Source of the DNA: an uncultured Rhodopirellula sp.
GTDB taxonomy: Bacteria > Planctomycetota > Planctomycetia > Pirellulales > Pirellulaceae
Direction: 5' to 3'
Assembly (NCBI GenBank): GCA_964007735.1
Contig: CAXGAI010000001.1
Span: 1-64,000, forward strand
DNA: 64,000 nucleotides
The translations under genes were made by a program, and so were the position numbers. Under the pieces are notes generated by a model, which was not told the origin of the DNA, did no database searches, and saw only the letters and a list, made by a program, of their open reading frames with translations. Shown in pieces: positions 10,487-19,598 of the stretch (positions are counted from its first letter, which is position 1; each line of letters opens with the position of its first letter).

Positions 10487-10518
10487 AAAACACGGCTTTA
10501 GCTTAAAGAGAAAGAATT

Positions 10519-11430
10519 ATGAGCAAACTAAACCGACGACAAATGCTTTCAACGACAGCAGCCGTAGGGAGTGCTCTAGCTGCATCTCAGGTACAGGCTG
10601 AAAAGGAAATCAAGGTGAGTAAACGAATTCGACGCGTTGCTAAAAACGGCAAGATCAACCACTCGATTGTTGCCTGGTGCTTTCAGGATTATTGGAGCCC
10701 CGATGAATTGATGCCGATTGCCAAAGAGATGGGATGTGACAGTGTCGAGCTTATGGACTCTAAATACTATCCGGATCTAAAAAAGAATGGCATGGAGTGT
10801 GCGATTGCAGGGATCGATATTGGCGGCCCTCCGTTTATGCAGGGCTTTAATAACCCCAAATACCATGACTTGGTGATCGCAGCCACGAAGAAGTCAATTG
10901 ATGAGTGTAAGGAATTTGGCTGGAAAAAGGTCATTGCTTTTACAGGATATGAAGAAGGGCTCACGAAAGAAGAGGGCGCGGCGAATTGTGTCACAGGTTT
11001 CAAGGAGGTTGTTGGATATGCGGAAAAAGCAGGAGTCACAATCTGTCTGGAGCACCTGAATACTCGAGATGACACTCACCCCATGAAAGGCCATCCGGGT
11101 TATCAAGGCGATGATGTTGAGTACTGTATCGATATTCTCAAAAGTGTTGGTTCTCCGAATCTGAAATTGCTATTTGATATCTATCATGTGTCTATTATGA
11201 ATGGCGATGTGATTCGCCGTATTCACGAACATAAAGATTGGCTTGGCCATATTCATACGGCCGGGAATCCGGGCCGTGCTGAATTGGATGATCAACAGGA
11301 AATTAATTATCCCGCTTGTATGCAGGCTTTGGTCGACATTGGTTATCAAGGCCACGTGGGCCATGAATTCATTCCAACAAGAGATCCGGTTGCAGGATTG
11401 CTACAGGCCATAGAATGGTGCGATATCTAG
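10519..11430 (+). CDS. Tat-exported TIM-barrel protein, hydroxypyruvate isomerase / sugar phosphate isomerase family
   Basis: NRRQML Tat motif; CLEHLN; KLLFDIYH; HIHTAGNPGRAE; GHEF metal ligands. Confidence 0.85.
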   Translation: MSKLNRRQMLSTTAAVGSALAASQVQAEKEIKVSKRIRRVAKNGKINHSIVAWCFQDYWSPDELMPIAKEMGCDSVELMDSKYYPDLKKNGMECAIAGIDIGGPPFMQGFNNPKYHDLVIAATKKSIDECKEFGWKKVIAFTGYEEGLTKEEGAANCVTGFKEVVGYAEKAGVTICLEHLNTRDDTHPMKGHPGYQGDDVEYCIDILKSVGSPNLKLLFDIYHVSIMNGDVIRRIHEHKDWLGHIHTAGNPGRAELDDQQEINYPACMQALVDIGYQGHVGHEFIPTRDPVAGLLQAIEWCDI

Positions 11431-11463
11431 CTTATTTTGGATTCTAATCATCGAAGTCGATAT

Positions 11464-11501
11464 TTTACGATCGCCGATTTTGAGGTTAAAATTCAGGGAT
11501 G
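11464..11501 (+). promoter_or_regulatory. Putative sigma70 promoter giving a leaderless transcript of the DUF1592 gene
   Basis: TTTACG (11464-69), N17, TAAAAT (11487-92), N6, ATG. Confidence 0.45.
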
Positions 11502-13889
11502 AAGAACTTCAAAACAATTGCCCTTGCTGGTCTCTGCCTTTTATTAGCAGTGGCTTCGGCTGTCCAGGCCACCAAGCCGGGCGGGACTCGAAAATTCAAG
11601 TCGACCGTTTTGCCGATTTTGCAGGCTAAGTGCTTTGGATGCCATGGTGCGGATGTTCAGGAAGCGGATATTCGTTTAGACAATCTTTCCACCGACTTCC
11701 TTGCTGATCGGGCGGCTGCAACAGCCTGGCACGAGGCAATGCATGTCTTGAATAAGGGCGAGATGCCGCCTGAAGAAGGTGAGCCTCTGACCGCTAAAGA
11801 GCGTAGTGTTCTGGTGAATTGGATACGCAGCGAAATTGATCGAGTGAAGGCCGAGCTAAAAAGTACAGGTGGCCGCGTGGTCCTGCGTCGTCTTAATCGC
11901 ACGGAGTATCAAAATACGATGAAAGATCTTTTTGATCTCGAAATGGACTATGCGCGTGATTTACCTCGTGAAGGGGCATCTCCGGACGGTTTTAAGAACA
12001 ATGGTCAGTCGCTGCAAATGACAGCGATACAACTGGAATATTATCTTGACGCTGCCCGTCGAGCTTTAGATAGAGTGATTGTGACTGGTGAGCCTCCGGA
12101 AATCTTCGAACATACTTTTGAAAAGAGTAATGTTGGTGACAAGTGGTTTAATTACGAAGTTTCCAATTACCTCGGACGTTGGCAAGGCTTTTACGGCAAG
12201 ATGGTGGACACCTATCCTGAAGAAGGTGATTATCTGGTAACAGTGACCGCCCGGGCAGAGCTTCCCAAAGAGAGAGGGGCTCCATTGATGGAAGTTTCCG
12301 TTGGCTATCGCCCCGATACTGAACAGATTTGGGAAGTTACTGAAACGGTTGAAATTACCCAATCTGAGTCGACGACTTATGAGTTTACAGGGCGTGTGGA
12401 AAATCATCCCTTACCGGTTCGTGGCCAGGGAAAGTTCCCTGGATTGGTAGTGAGAGTTCTTAATCAATATGATGACGAAGCAGGCAAGCCTAAGGAAGTG
12501 GAACTAGAACGTGACGGCAAAAAGAAGAAAGGTTTTCCGGCAGAAGAAGGTTACCCCATTATTCATATTGAAAAGGTGACTTTCAAAGGGCCTGTTTATG
12601 ATCAATGGCCTCCTCAGCGACATCGTGACATATTATTTGATTCCGAAATGCGGGAAATTGACGAGCAGGCTTATGTTGCGCTGGTGATGCAACGATTTTT
12701 GAAACGAGCCTTTCGCCGACCAGCGACTCAGGCAGAGGTCCAGCGATTTGTAGACTTTTATCTTTCGATTCGCGGAGACTTCCCAGGTTTTGAAGAGGCG
12801 ATGAAAGAGACACTGGCAATGGTGTTGATTAGTCCCCCGTTCCTATATTTGGTGGAGCCATCCCAAGATAAAAAACGGGATTTGGACGACTGGGAACTGG
12901 CTTCTCGCTTGTCATACTTTTTATGGAGCACGATGCCGGACCAAGAGTTATTTGATTTGGCAGCAGCGCGTCAGCTTTCCAGGCCGGCAGTATTGGCGGC
13001 TCAGGTAGAACGAATGTTGCAGGACGATCGCGGCTGGCGATTTTATCAGCAATTCACTGACCAATGGTTGAAGCTGGAGAATACTGCTCAAATTGCAATC
13101 GATACGGGGACCTATAAGGGATTCCAGACAGACCTTAAGGAAGAAATGTTGCAGGAGACACGACATTTCTTACGTCACTTGATTTTGAATAACCTGAGTG
13201 GGCTGAATTTACTCGATGCGGATTTCACGATGCTCAATGAACGGCTCGCTCGCCATTACGGAGTGGAAGGCGTCGTTGGAAATACCTACCGTCAGGTAGC
13301 TCTGACCGATGAGACACGTGGTGGATTGCTGGGGCAGTCGAGTATTTTAATGCTGGGGTCAACAGGAAAAGATTCCCACCCTATTCGCCGAGCTGTTTGG
13401 TTGAGAGATCGATTGTTAAATGATCCTCCCGCCCCGCCTCCCCCCGATGTTCCCGATCTTGATGAAATGAATCCCAATTTTGCGAAGCTTTCCGTTCGTG
13501 AACAACTAGAAGTCCATCGCAACAAAGAGTCTTGTGCGTCATGCCACCGCGGTATTGACCCTTGGGGCATCGCGTTGGAAAACTTTGATGCGATAGGCCT
13601 GTTTCGTACGGAAGTGCATCAAAAACCAGTGGTTGCAACGGATACGCTGCCCAATGGCACAGAGCTAGATGGTGTCGTTAGTCTGAAAAAATATTTGGTT
13701 GAAAATCGTAGCGAAGATTTCGCGAGAGCATTGGTATCCAGGCTGACGGTCTATGCGTTAGGCCGCAATCTAGAGTTAAGTGACGAGGATTTAATTGACG
13801 ATTTAACTAATAGTTTTGAACGTAATAATCATCTGATCATGGCTTTGATTCAGGATTTAGTGGCTAGCGAAGCATTCCAGACTAAATAG
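11499..13889 (+). CDS. DUF1592-family protein (PSCyt1, DUF1587, DUF1595, DUF1592, DUF1588, DUF1585)
   Basis: CFGCH; LRRLNRTEYQNT; RAFRRP; ELASRLSYFLWSTMPD; RGGLLGQ; CASCH..IDPWG; YALGR. Confidence 0.9.
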   Translation: MKNFKTIALAGLCLLLAVASAVQATKPGGTRKFKSTVLPILQAKCFGCHGADVQEADIRLDNLSTDFLADRAAATAWHEAMHVLNKGEMPPEEGEPLTAKERSVLVNWIRSEIDRVKAELKSTGGRVVLRRLNRTEYQNTMKDLFDLEMDYARDLPREGASPDGFKNNGQSLQMTAIQLEYYLDAARRALDRVIVTGEPPEIFEHTFEKSNVGDKWFNYEVSNYLGRWQGFYGKMVDTYPEEGDYLVTVTARAELPKERGAPLMEVSVGYRPDTEQIWEVTETVEITQSESTTYEFTGRVENHPLPVRGQGKFPGLVVRVLNQYDDEAGKPKEVELERDGKKKKGFPAEEGYPIIHIEKVTFKGPVYDQWPPQRHRDILFDSEMREIDEQAYVALVMQRFLKRAFRRPATQAEVQRFVDFYLSIRGDFPGFEEAMKETLAMVLISPPFLYLVEPSQDKKRDLDDWELASRLSYFLWSTMPDQELFDLAAARQLSRPAVLAAQVERMLQDDRGWRFYQQFTDQWLKLENTAQIAIDTGTYKGFQTDLKEEMLQETRHFLRHLILNNLSGLNLLDADFTMLNERLARHYGVEGVVGNTYRQVALTDETRGGLLGQSSILMLGSTGKDSHPIRRAVWLRDRLLNDPPAPPPPDVPDLDEMNPNFAKLSVREQLEVHRNKESCASCHRGIDPWGIALENFDAIGLFRTEVHQKPVVATDTLPNGTELDGVVSLKKYLVENRSEDFARALVSRLTVYALGRNLELSDEDLIDDLTNSFERNNHLIMALIQDLVASEAFQTK

Positions 13890-13991
13890 TCTTTGGTGGC
13901 AATTACTCTGTACGTTAAAATGGATATTTGAGATTATTTATGTGGCTTAACAGTCCGCACGGATGATAACAGAACCTGCGAGGCAATCATT

Positions 13992-15326
13992 ATGAAATCA
14001 TGGCACTTAGATCGTCGTACTTTCCTGCTTGGTAGCGGTGTTTCCATGGCGCTTCCATATATGGAAGCCATGGGTGAACAACTTCAGGCAACCGACTTGC
14101 CTGCACGCATGTGTGCGATGTATTTTCCGTTCGGTATTAGTCTGCCGAAAGAAGATAGTGACCTGCATAAATGGCGGTGGTTTCCGGACGGTGAGGGCAA
14201 GGATTTTACTTTCAATGAGAGCTTGAAGTCACTGGAGTCTGTTCGCAAGTCTGTCACGGTGATTGGCGGGATGTCCCACCCCAATGGCCGCCGCATGGGC
14301 GGTCATGATACTGGTGACACATTCCTTACAGGCGCACTGTTCGATAAGAAGCTTTTGCATAATACGGTTTCGGTTGATCAGGTCGCAGCAAATGCGATTG
14401 GTAGCCAGACTCGATTTGCATCGTTGACGATGAGTACAGATGGTGGTGTTGGTGAGCCAACGCGATCAAGTACTTTGAGCTATGACGATAAGGGCCGCCC
14501 AGTCCCGGCCTTGAATCAACCAGAGATGATTTTCAATCGTATGTTCGGCTCAGCCGATGCTGATTTGCAACGTAATCATCGTCGTCTTCGAAGTGCCAGC
14601 AGCATGCTGGATTTGGTTCTCGAAGATTCGAATAGACTCCGCCGCCGATTGGGCCGACGTGACCAGGAAAAACTCGATGAATACTTGTCTTCTGTACGGC
14701 AGATAGAGCAGCGAGTGAAGAACACGCAGAAGTGGCTTGATATTCCACTTCCTTCACTAACCGACGAAGAACGAGCTGTTTTAAAGCTGGATGCTGACAC
14801 CGAAGCTCCTAAAGAATATATGCGAACCATGTATGACTTAATGTGGTTAGCCTTTAAGACGGATTCAACTCGGGTTGCAACCTACCAGATCGCTAGCATG
14901 GCTGATGCTTCGAGCGTGGCCGGACCTTTTCCGTTCCGCGAAGGATTCAAAGCGAATCTGCACTCGCTTGCTCATGGTTGGAACAAGCCGGAAGGAGCGG
15001 TGGCGCTTGGTGAATGGGATCAATTTATGGTCGAACAGCTGACTTATTTTCTGGAAAGGCTGCACGCAACCCAGGAGGGCGATGGGACGCTTCTTGATCG
15101 CACGATGGTCCTCTACGGCAGTAGCAACAGTACGACCCACAACAACAGTAACTATCCATTAGTGTTTGCGGGCGGTAACAAATTAGGGCTGACGCATAAT
15201 CAGTACCTTAAAGTGACCAATGATGTACCCATGTCCAATTTGTTTGTAACTATGCTAAACAAGATGGGTGTGGATGCTCCGGTATTCAAGGATAGTACGG
15301 GAGAACTTTTAGGCGTTCAGGCCTAA
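13992..15326 (+). CDS. DUF1552 domain protein, Tat-exported
   Basis: LDRRTFL..SGVSMALP; SVDQVAA; DQEKLDEYLSSVRQIE; DSTRVAT; LLDRTMVLYGS; usual partner of DUF1592. Confidence 0.9.
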   Translation: MKSWHLDRRTFLLGSGVSMALPYMEAMGEQLQATDLPARMCAMYFPFGISLPKEDSDLHKWRWFPDGEGKDFTFNESLKSLESVRKSVTVIGGMSHPNGRRMGGHDTGDTFLTGALFDKKLLHNTVSVDQVAANAIGSQTRFASLTMSTDGGVGEPTRSSTLSYDDKGRPVPALNQPEMIFNRMFGSADADLQRNHRRLRSASSMLDLVLEDSNRLRRRLGRRDQEKLDEYLSSVRQIEQRVKNTQKWLDIPLPSLTDEERAVLKLDADTEAPKEYMRTMYDLMWLAFKTDSTRVATYQIASMADASSVAGPFPFREGFKANLHSLAHGWNKPEGAVALGEWDQFMVEQLTYFLERLHATQEGDGTLLDRTMVLYGSSNSTTHNNSNYPLVFAGGNKLGLTHNQYLKVTNDVPMSNLFVTMLNKMGVDAPVFKDSTGELLGVQA

Positions 15327-15407
15327 GCTTTATCCAGCGACCGAGTTTTGTTGGTGGCCGCGACAATTAGCCTCTAAATGTTCGCCGATGGACGTTAAGA
15401 TAAAGGT

Positions 15408-18008
15408 ATGAAACCTTCCCGCCTTTTATTATGCCTTGCAGCCTTGTTGGCATGTACCTCGTCCCTGCTTGCCGCAGGCGTCCTTTCCTATGAGAAAGAT
15501 GTGCGCCCCATTCTGAAGGCCCATTGCTTCCACTGCCATGGCGAAGAGGAAGAACTCGGTGGTGGCCTCGATTTAAGACTGAAGCATTTCATGTTGACCG
15601 GCGGTGATTCCGGGCCAGCAATCGTTGAAAGCCAGCCGGATCAAAGCTTGTTGGTCGACTACCTTACCACGGGTCTTATGCCCCCGGAAGATATCGCTGT
15701 TCGCCCTACGGAAAAGGAAATTGCAACCATTGTCAACTGGATCGCCGGTGGGGCAACGATCGCCGGTGTTGAACCAGTGACCATTGATCGTGGTTTCTAT
15801 ATTACGGAACAAGAACGCCAATTCTGGTCGTTTAAACCGGTAATTCGGCCAGTATTGCCAACGGTTATCAATTCCCAATTGGCACGGAATCCAATCGACC
15901 TGTTTTTACTGGACAAACTTGAGAAAGCTGAGCTTACGTTTTCATCTGAGGCTGAGCGTGAAGTGTTGATTCGCCGGGCTTATCTGGATTTGACAGGATT
16001 ACCACCATCACCTCAGGCAGTAAAGTCTTTCGTGGCTAATGATGATCCGGCGGCTTATGAAAACCTGATCGATCAATTACTCGCGTTGCCACAATACGGT
16101 GAGCGATGGGGCCGTCATTGGCTGGATGCTGCAGGTTATGCGGATTCAGAAGGTCAGGCCGACGCGGATGTTGAACGACCGTGGGCTTATTTCTATCGGG
16201 ACTATGTGGTGAAGTCGTTCAATCAAAACAAGCCATATGACCAATTCATTCAGGAGCAGCTAGCCGGAGATGAATTGATTAGCAGTCAGGTTGCAGACAT
16301 GACGCTAGAGCAAGTCGAAACACTTGCGGGCACAGGTTACTTACGAATGGTAGCAGACGGTACCGGTTCCGGCGCCGGGGATGACGAAGGGCGAAATGCG
16401 GTTGTTAGTGACACGCTGAAAATGGTCACGTCATCCCTGACAGGACTCACGGTTGGTTGTGCTCAATGCCATAATCACCGCTACGATCCGATTTCGCAAA
16501 GAGACTATTATCGCATTCGAGCGATCTTTGAACCGGCACTTAACTGGAAGTCATGGAAAGCCCCTCAAAATCGTCAGATTTCACTGTATACCCAAGCTGA
16601 CCGAGAAGCGAAGGCGTCGACCGAAGCGAAGATCAAAGAAATCGAAGCGGAGCGAGTTAAAAAACAGCAAGAGTATATCGACGCGACCTTTGAAAAGGAA
16701 ATCGCGAAGTTGCCCGAGGATGTCAGGCAGTTAGTTCGAGATGCTCACACGGTTGCTGAGAAAGATCGCACCGAAGAGCAGAAAGCGCTGATCAAGAAAT
16801 ATCCCAGCACCGTGGTTACACCCGGAAACCTGTACCTGTTCGACCGACCGGCTTCTGATGACCTGAAGACTTTCACAGAACGCCAAACGAAACTTCGCGA
16901 AGCATTGAAACCTGAAGAATTCCTGCGGGCCCTTACGGAGCCGGTGACGGAGCCGCCGGTTACCCATGTATTTTCCCGCGGTAACTTTGATAGCCCATTG
17001 GATTCTGTTGAACCAGGTGAGCTATCTGTTCTCAGCGGTTTGGCCGCCAACAAAATACCTTTGAATGAAGAATCACTAACTACGACTGGTCGGCGACTTG
17101 CATTTGCAAAGCTACTAACCAGCGGTGAACACCCATTAGTGGCCCGTGTAATGGTTAACCGAATTTGGTCGCATCATTTTGGTGTGGGTATCGTTGATAC
17201 GCCAGGCGACTTTGGCTTTCTTGGTAGCCGACCCAGCCACCCGGACTTATTAGACTGGCTGGCGGATGAATTTATTCAAAATGATTGGGACATAAAGCAT
17301 ATTAATCGATTGATCATGACTTCGATGGCGTACCGACAGACTTCAACGCGAAACGATAAGGGTAATGAAGCTGATCGACAGAAACGACTTTTGTGGTCGA
17401 TGCCGGTGCGTCGGATGGAAGCTGAAGTCGTACGGGATGCAGTTTTGGCAGTCTCAGGCATGCTTGATTACCAAATGGCCGGTAAGCCGATCCCGGTAAT
17501 GGCTGATAGAACAGGCCAGTGGGTAATTGGTAAAGAGAACTTGAACGCCGGGCGACCTGGTCCGGTCATCGAAATGGAAGGTCAGCAGTATCGTCGTAGT
17601 CTGTATGTTCAGGTGAGACGAAGTCGACCATTAGCAGTGCTGGAGCCATTTGATTTACCAGAACTTGCTCCAAATTGTACGAAACGTCCTTCTTCGACCG
17701 TGCCTACCCAATCACTCGAATTGCTTAACAGCGATTTTGTGACCGCTCAGGCGCGTTTTTTCGCGGTGCGTTTGACAAACCAGAGTCAGGACATTGAAAC
17801 GCAGGTCGCTGAAGGGTGGCGTCTCGCATTTAGTAAAGAGATTTCCGCTCCGGAAAAGGCTGATGCGATTGAGTTTGTTACACGGATGCAGGCTTTGTTG
17901 AGTAAAGAATATGAAGCGAAGCAATTGAATGATGATCCCATCATCGATGCCGTAGGTCTCTACTGCCAGGCACTGTTAAGCAGCAATCAATTTCTCTATA
18001 TCGAATAG
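15408..18008 (+). CDS. PSCyt1 + DUF1549 + DUF1553 (PSD1) cytochrome c domain protein
   Basis: CFHCH; CAQCH; YGERWGRHWLDAAGYADS; PSHPDLLDWLA; EAEVVRDAVL. Confidence 0.9.
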   Translation: MKPSRLLLCLAALLACTSSLLAAGVLSYEKDVRPILKAHCFHCHGEEEELGGGLDLRLKHFMLTGGDSGPAIVESQPDQSLLVDYLTTGLMPPEDIAVRPTEKEIATIVNWIAGGATIAGVEPVTIDRGFYITEQERQFWSFKPVIRPVLPTVINSQLARNPIDLFLLDKLEKAELTFSSEAEREVLIRRAYLDLTGLPPSPQAVKSFVANDDPAAYENLIDQLLALPQYGERWGRHWLDAAGYADSEGQADADVERPWAYFYRDYVVKSFNQNKPYDQFIQEQLAGDELISSQVADMTLEQVETLAGTGYLRMVADGTGSGAGDDEGRNAVVSDTLKMVTSSLTGLTVGCAQCHNHRYDPISQRDYYRIRAIFEPALNWKSWKAPQNRQISLYTQADREAKASTEAKIKEIEAERVKKQQEYIDATFEKEIAKLPEDVRQLVRDAHTVAEKDRTEEQKALIKKYPSTVVTPGNLYLFDRPASDDLKTFTERQTKLREALKPEEFLRALTEPVTEPPVTHVFSRGNFDSPLDSVEPGELSVLSGLAANKIPLNEESLTTTGRRLAFAKLLTSGEHPLVARVMVNRIWSHHFGVGIVDTPGDFGFLGSRPSHPDLLDWLADEFIQNDWDIKHINRLIMTSMAYRQTSTRNDKGNEADRQKRLLWSMPVRRMEAEVVRDAVLAVSGMLDYQMAGKPIPVMADRTGQWVIGKENLNAGRPGPVIEMEGQQYRRSLYVQVRRSRPLAVLEPFDLPELAPNCTKRPSSTVPTQSLELLNSDFVTAQARFFAVRLTNQSQDIETQVAEGWRLAFSKEISAPEKADAIEFVTRMQALLSKEYEAKQLNDDPIIDAVGLYCQALLSSNQFLYIE

Positions 18009-18020
18009 GGTTTACTCGCC

Positions 18021-19460
18021 ATGGACAAGAATACAACGCGACGAGATTTGTTAGGCTCTGCCGGTATGGGTCTGGCGGGGTTATTGGCGGCGATCAATTT
18101 TAAAGATCGGCGTCTGCTGGCCAATCCGGCCAAGCCAGACTTGGTTGGAAAGAGTTTTAATACCACTGAAAAGCCTGCACCGAAACCAGCCAAAGCAAAA
18201 GCCATGATCTCTTTGTGGATGCAGGGCGGCCCTAGTCAAATTGATATGTTTGACCCTAAAGAGGAATTGATGAAACGGGATGGGGAAACATTCCCGGGGG
18301 ACATCAAGTACGATAATGCGGCACAGGCCAGCTCCAAAATCATGGCCCCGCCCTGGAAATTCCGACCTCACGGTGAGTGTGGGATGGAGATGTCTGAACT
18401 TGTGCCTTATATGGGATCGATCGCTGACGACATCACCTTGATACGTTCGATGCATACCGGAGTTAATAATCATGGTCAGAGTATCCGGGCGATGAACAGC
18501 GGCACAACAGCTGCTATGCATCCGGTGCTAGGCAGCTGGTTAACCTACGGACTCGGTGGTCAAACCAGTAGTCTTCCTCCTTATATGGCCCTCATCGATC
18601 CCGGGCAATTGCCGGTTGACGGTGTGGGTAATTGGCACAACGGTTATCTCCCTTCGATTTATCAGGGAACCGTGATTCGCCCAACGGAGCCACGGATTTT
18701 AAACCTCACCCCCCCAGCTCGGCTTGAGGGTGCGCCTCAGAAGCAACTCCTATCATATCTGCAGCAGTTGAATGAGTCAGACCTCAGTCGGAAACCAGGT
18801 GAATTTGATTATCAGGCTCGTATCGACATGTATGAATTGGCCGCGCGCATGCAGACAGCTGCCGTCGAGGCAATGGATTTAAGCGGTGAAACGGAAGAGA
18901 CAAAGAAGCTTTATGGCATTGACCGACCAGAGACGAAGGACTTTGGTACTCGGTGTCTGATCGCTCGACGAATGGTTGAACGTGGTGTGCGATTCGTGCA
19001 GGTCTTTACACAGAACCAATTTTGGGATCATCACGGATCAATTCTCAAGTCGCTTCCTAATGCTTGTATGAAAGTTGACCAACCGTCCGCAGCGTTGGTA
19101 ACAGATTTGAAACGCAGGGGCTTAATCGACGAGACGATTGTGCACTGGGGTGGCGAGATGGGCCGGCTTCCCGTGATTCAAAATGACACTGGAAAGCAGA
19201 ATATTGGCCGCGATCATAATACCTATGGGTTTACTCAATGGGTTGCCGGCGGCGGATTCAAAGGCGGTTATGTTCATGGTGCTACCGATGACTTCAGTCA
19301 TAAAGCAGTCGAAGATATTGTCAATCACTACGACTATCATCACACATTATTTCACCTGTTTGGCCTCGATCCCGAAGACCTCTATTTTGAGCATAATGGC
19401 CAAAAACGACGCCTCATTCAGGCAGACCAAAGTAAGATTATTACGAAGTTACTGGCCTAA
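18021..19460 (+). CDS. DUF1501 domain protein, Tat-exported (type A)
   Basis: TRRDLL; GGPSQIDMFDPK; WDHH; GEMGRLP; GRDHN. Confidence 0.9.
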   Translation: MDKNTTRRDLLGSAGMGLAGLLAAINFKDRRLLANPAKPDLVGKSFNTTEKPAPKPAKAKAMISLWMQGGPSQIDMFDPKEELMKRDGETFPGDIKYDNAAQASSKIMAPPWKFRPHGECGMEMSELVPYMGSIADDITLIRSMHTGVNNHGQSIRAMNSGTTAAMHPVLGSWLTYGLGGQTSSLPPYMALIDPGQLPVDGVGNWHNGYLPSIYQGTVIRPTEPRILNLTPPARLEGAPQKQLLSYLQQLNESDLSRKPGEFDYQARIDMYELAARMQTAAVEAMDLSGETEETKKLYGIDRPETKDFGTRCLIARRMVERGVRFVQVFTQNQFWDHHGSILKSLPNACMKVDQPSAALVTDLKRRGLIDETIVHWGGEMGRLPVIQNDTGKQNIGRDHNTYGFTQWVAGGGFKGGYVHGATDDFSHKAVEDIVNHYDYHHTLFHLFGLDPEDLYFEHNGQKRRLIQADQSKIITKLLA

Positions 19461-19598
19461 ACCCCCTCGATTGGGGAAGGCGACAACTGGTTTTGAGATG
19501 GCTTGATCGCCGATTCTTATAGTGTCTGATTAGCGTGTCTGATATTATTTACATAAGCCTTAAGTATTTGCCGTTCATTAATTGAAATTGGAAAAACG

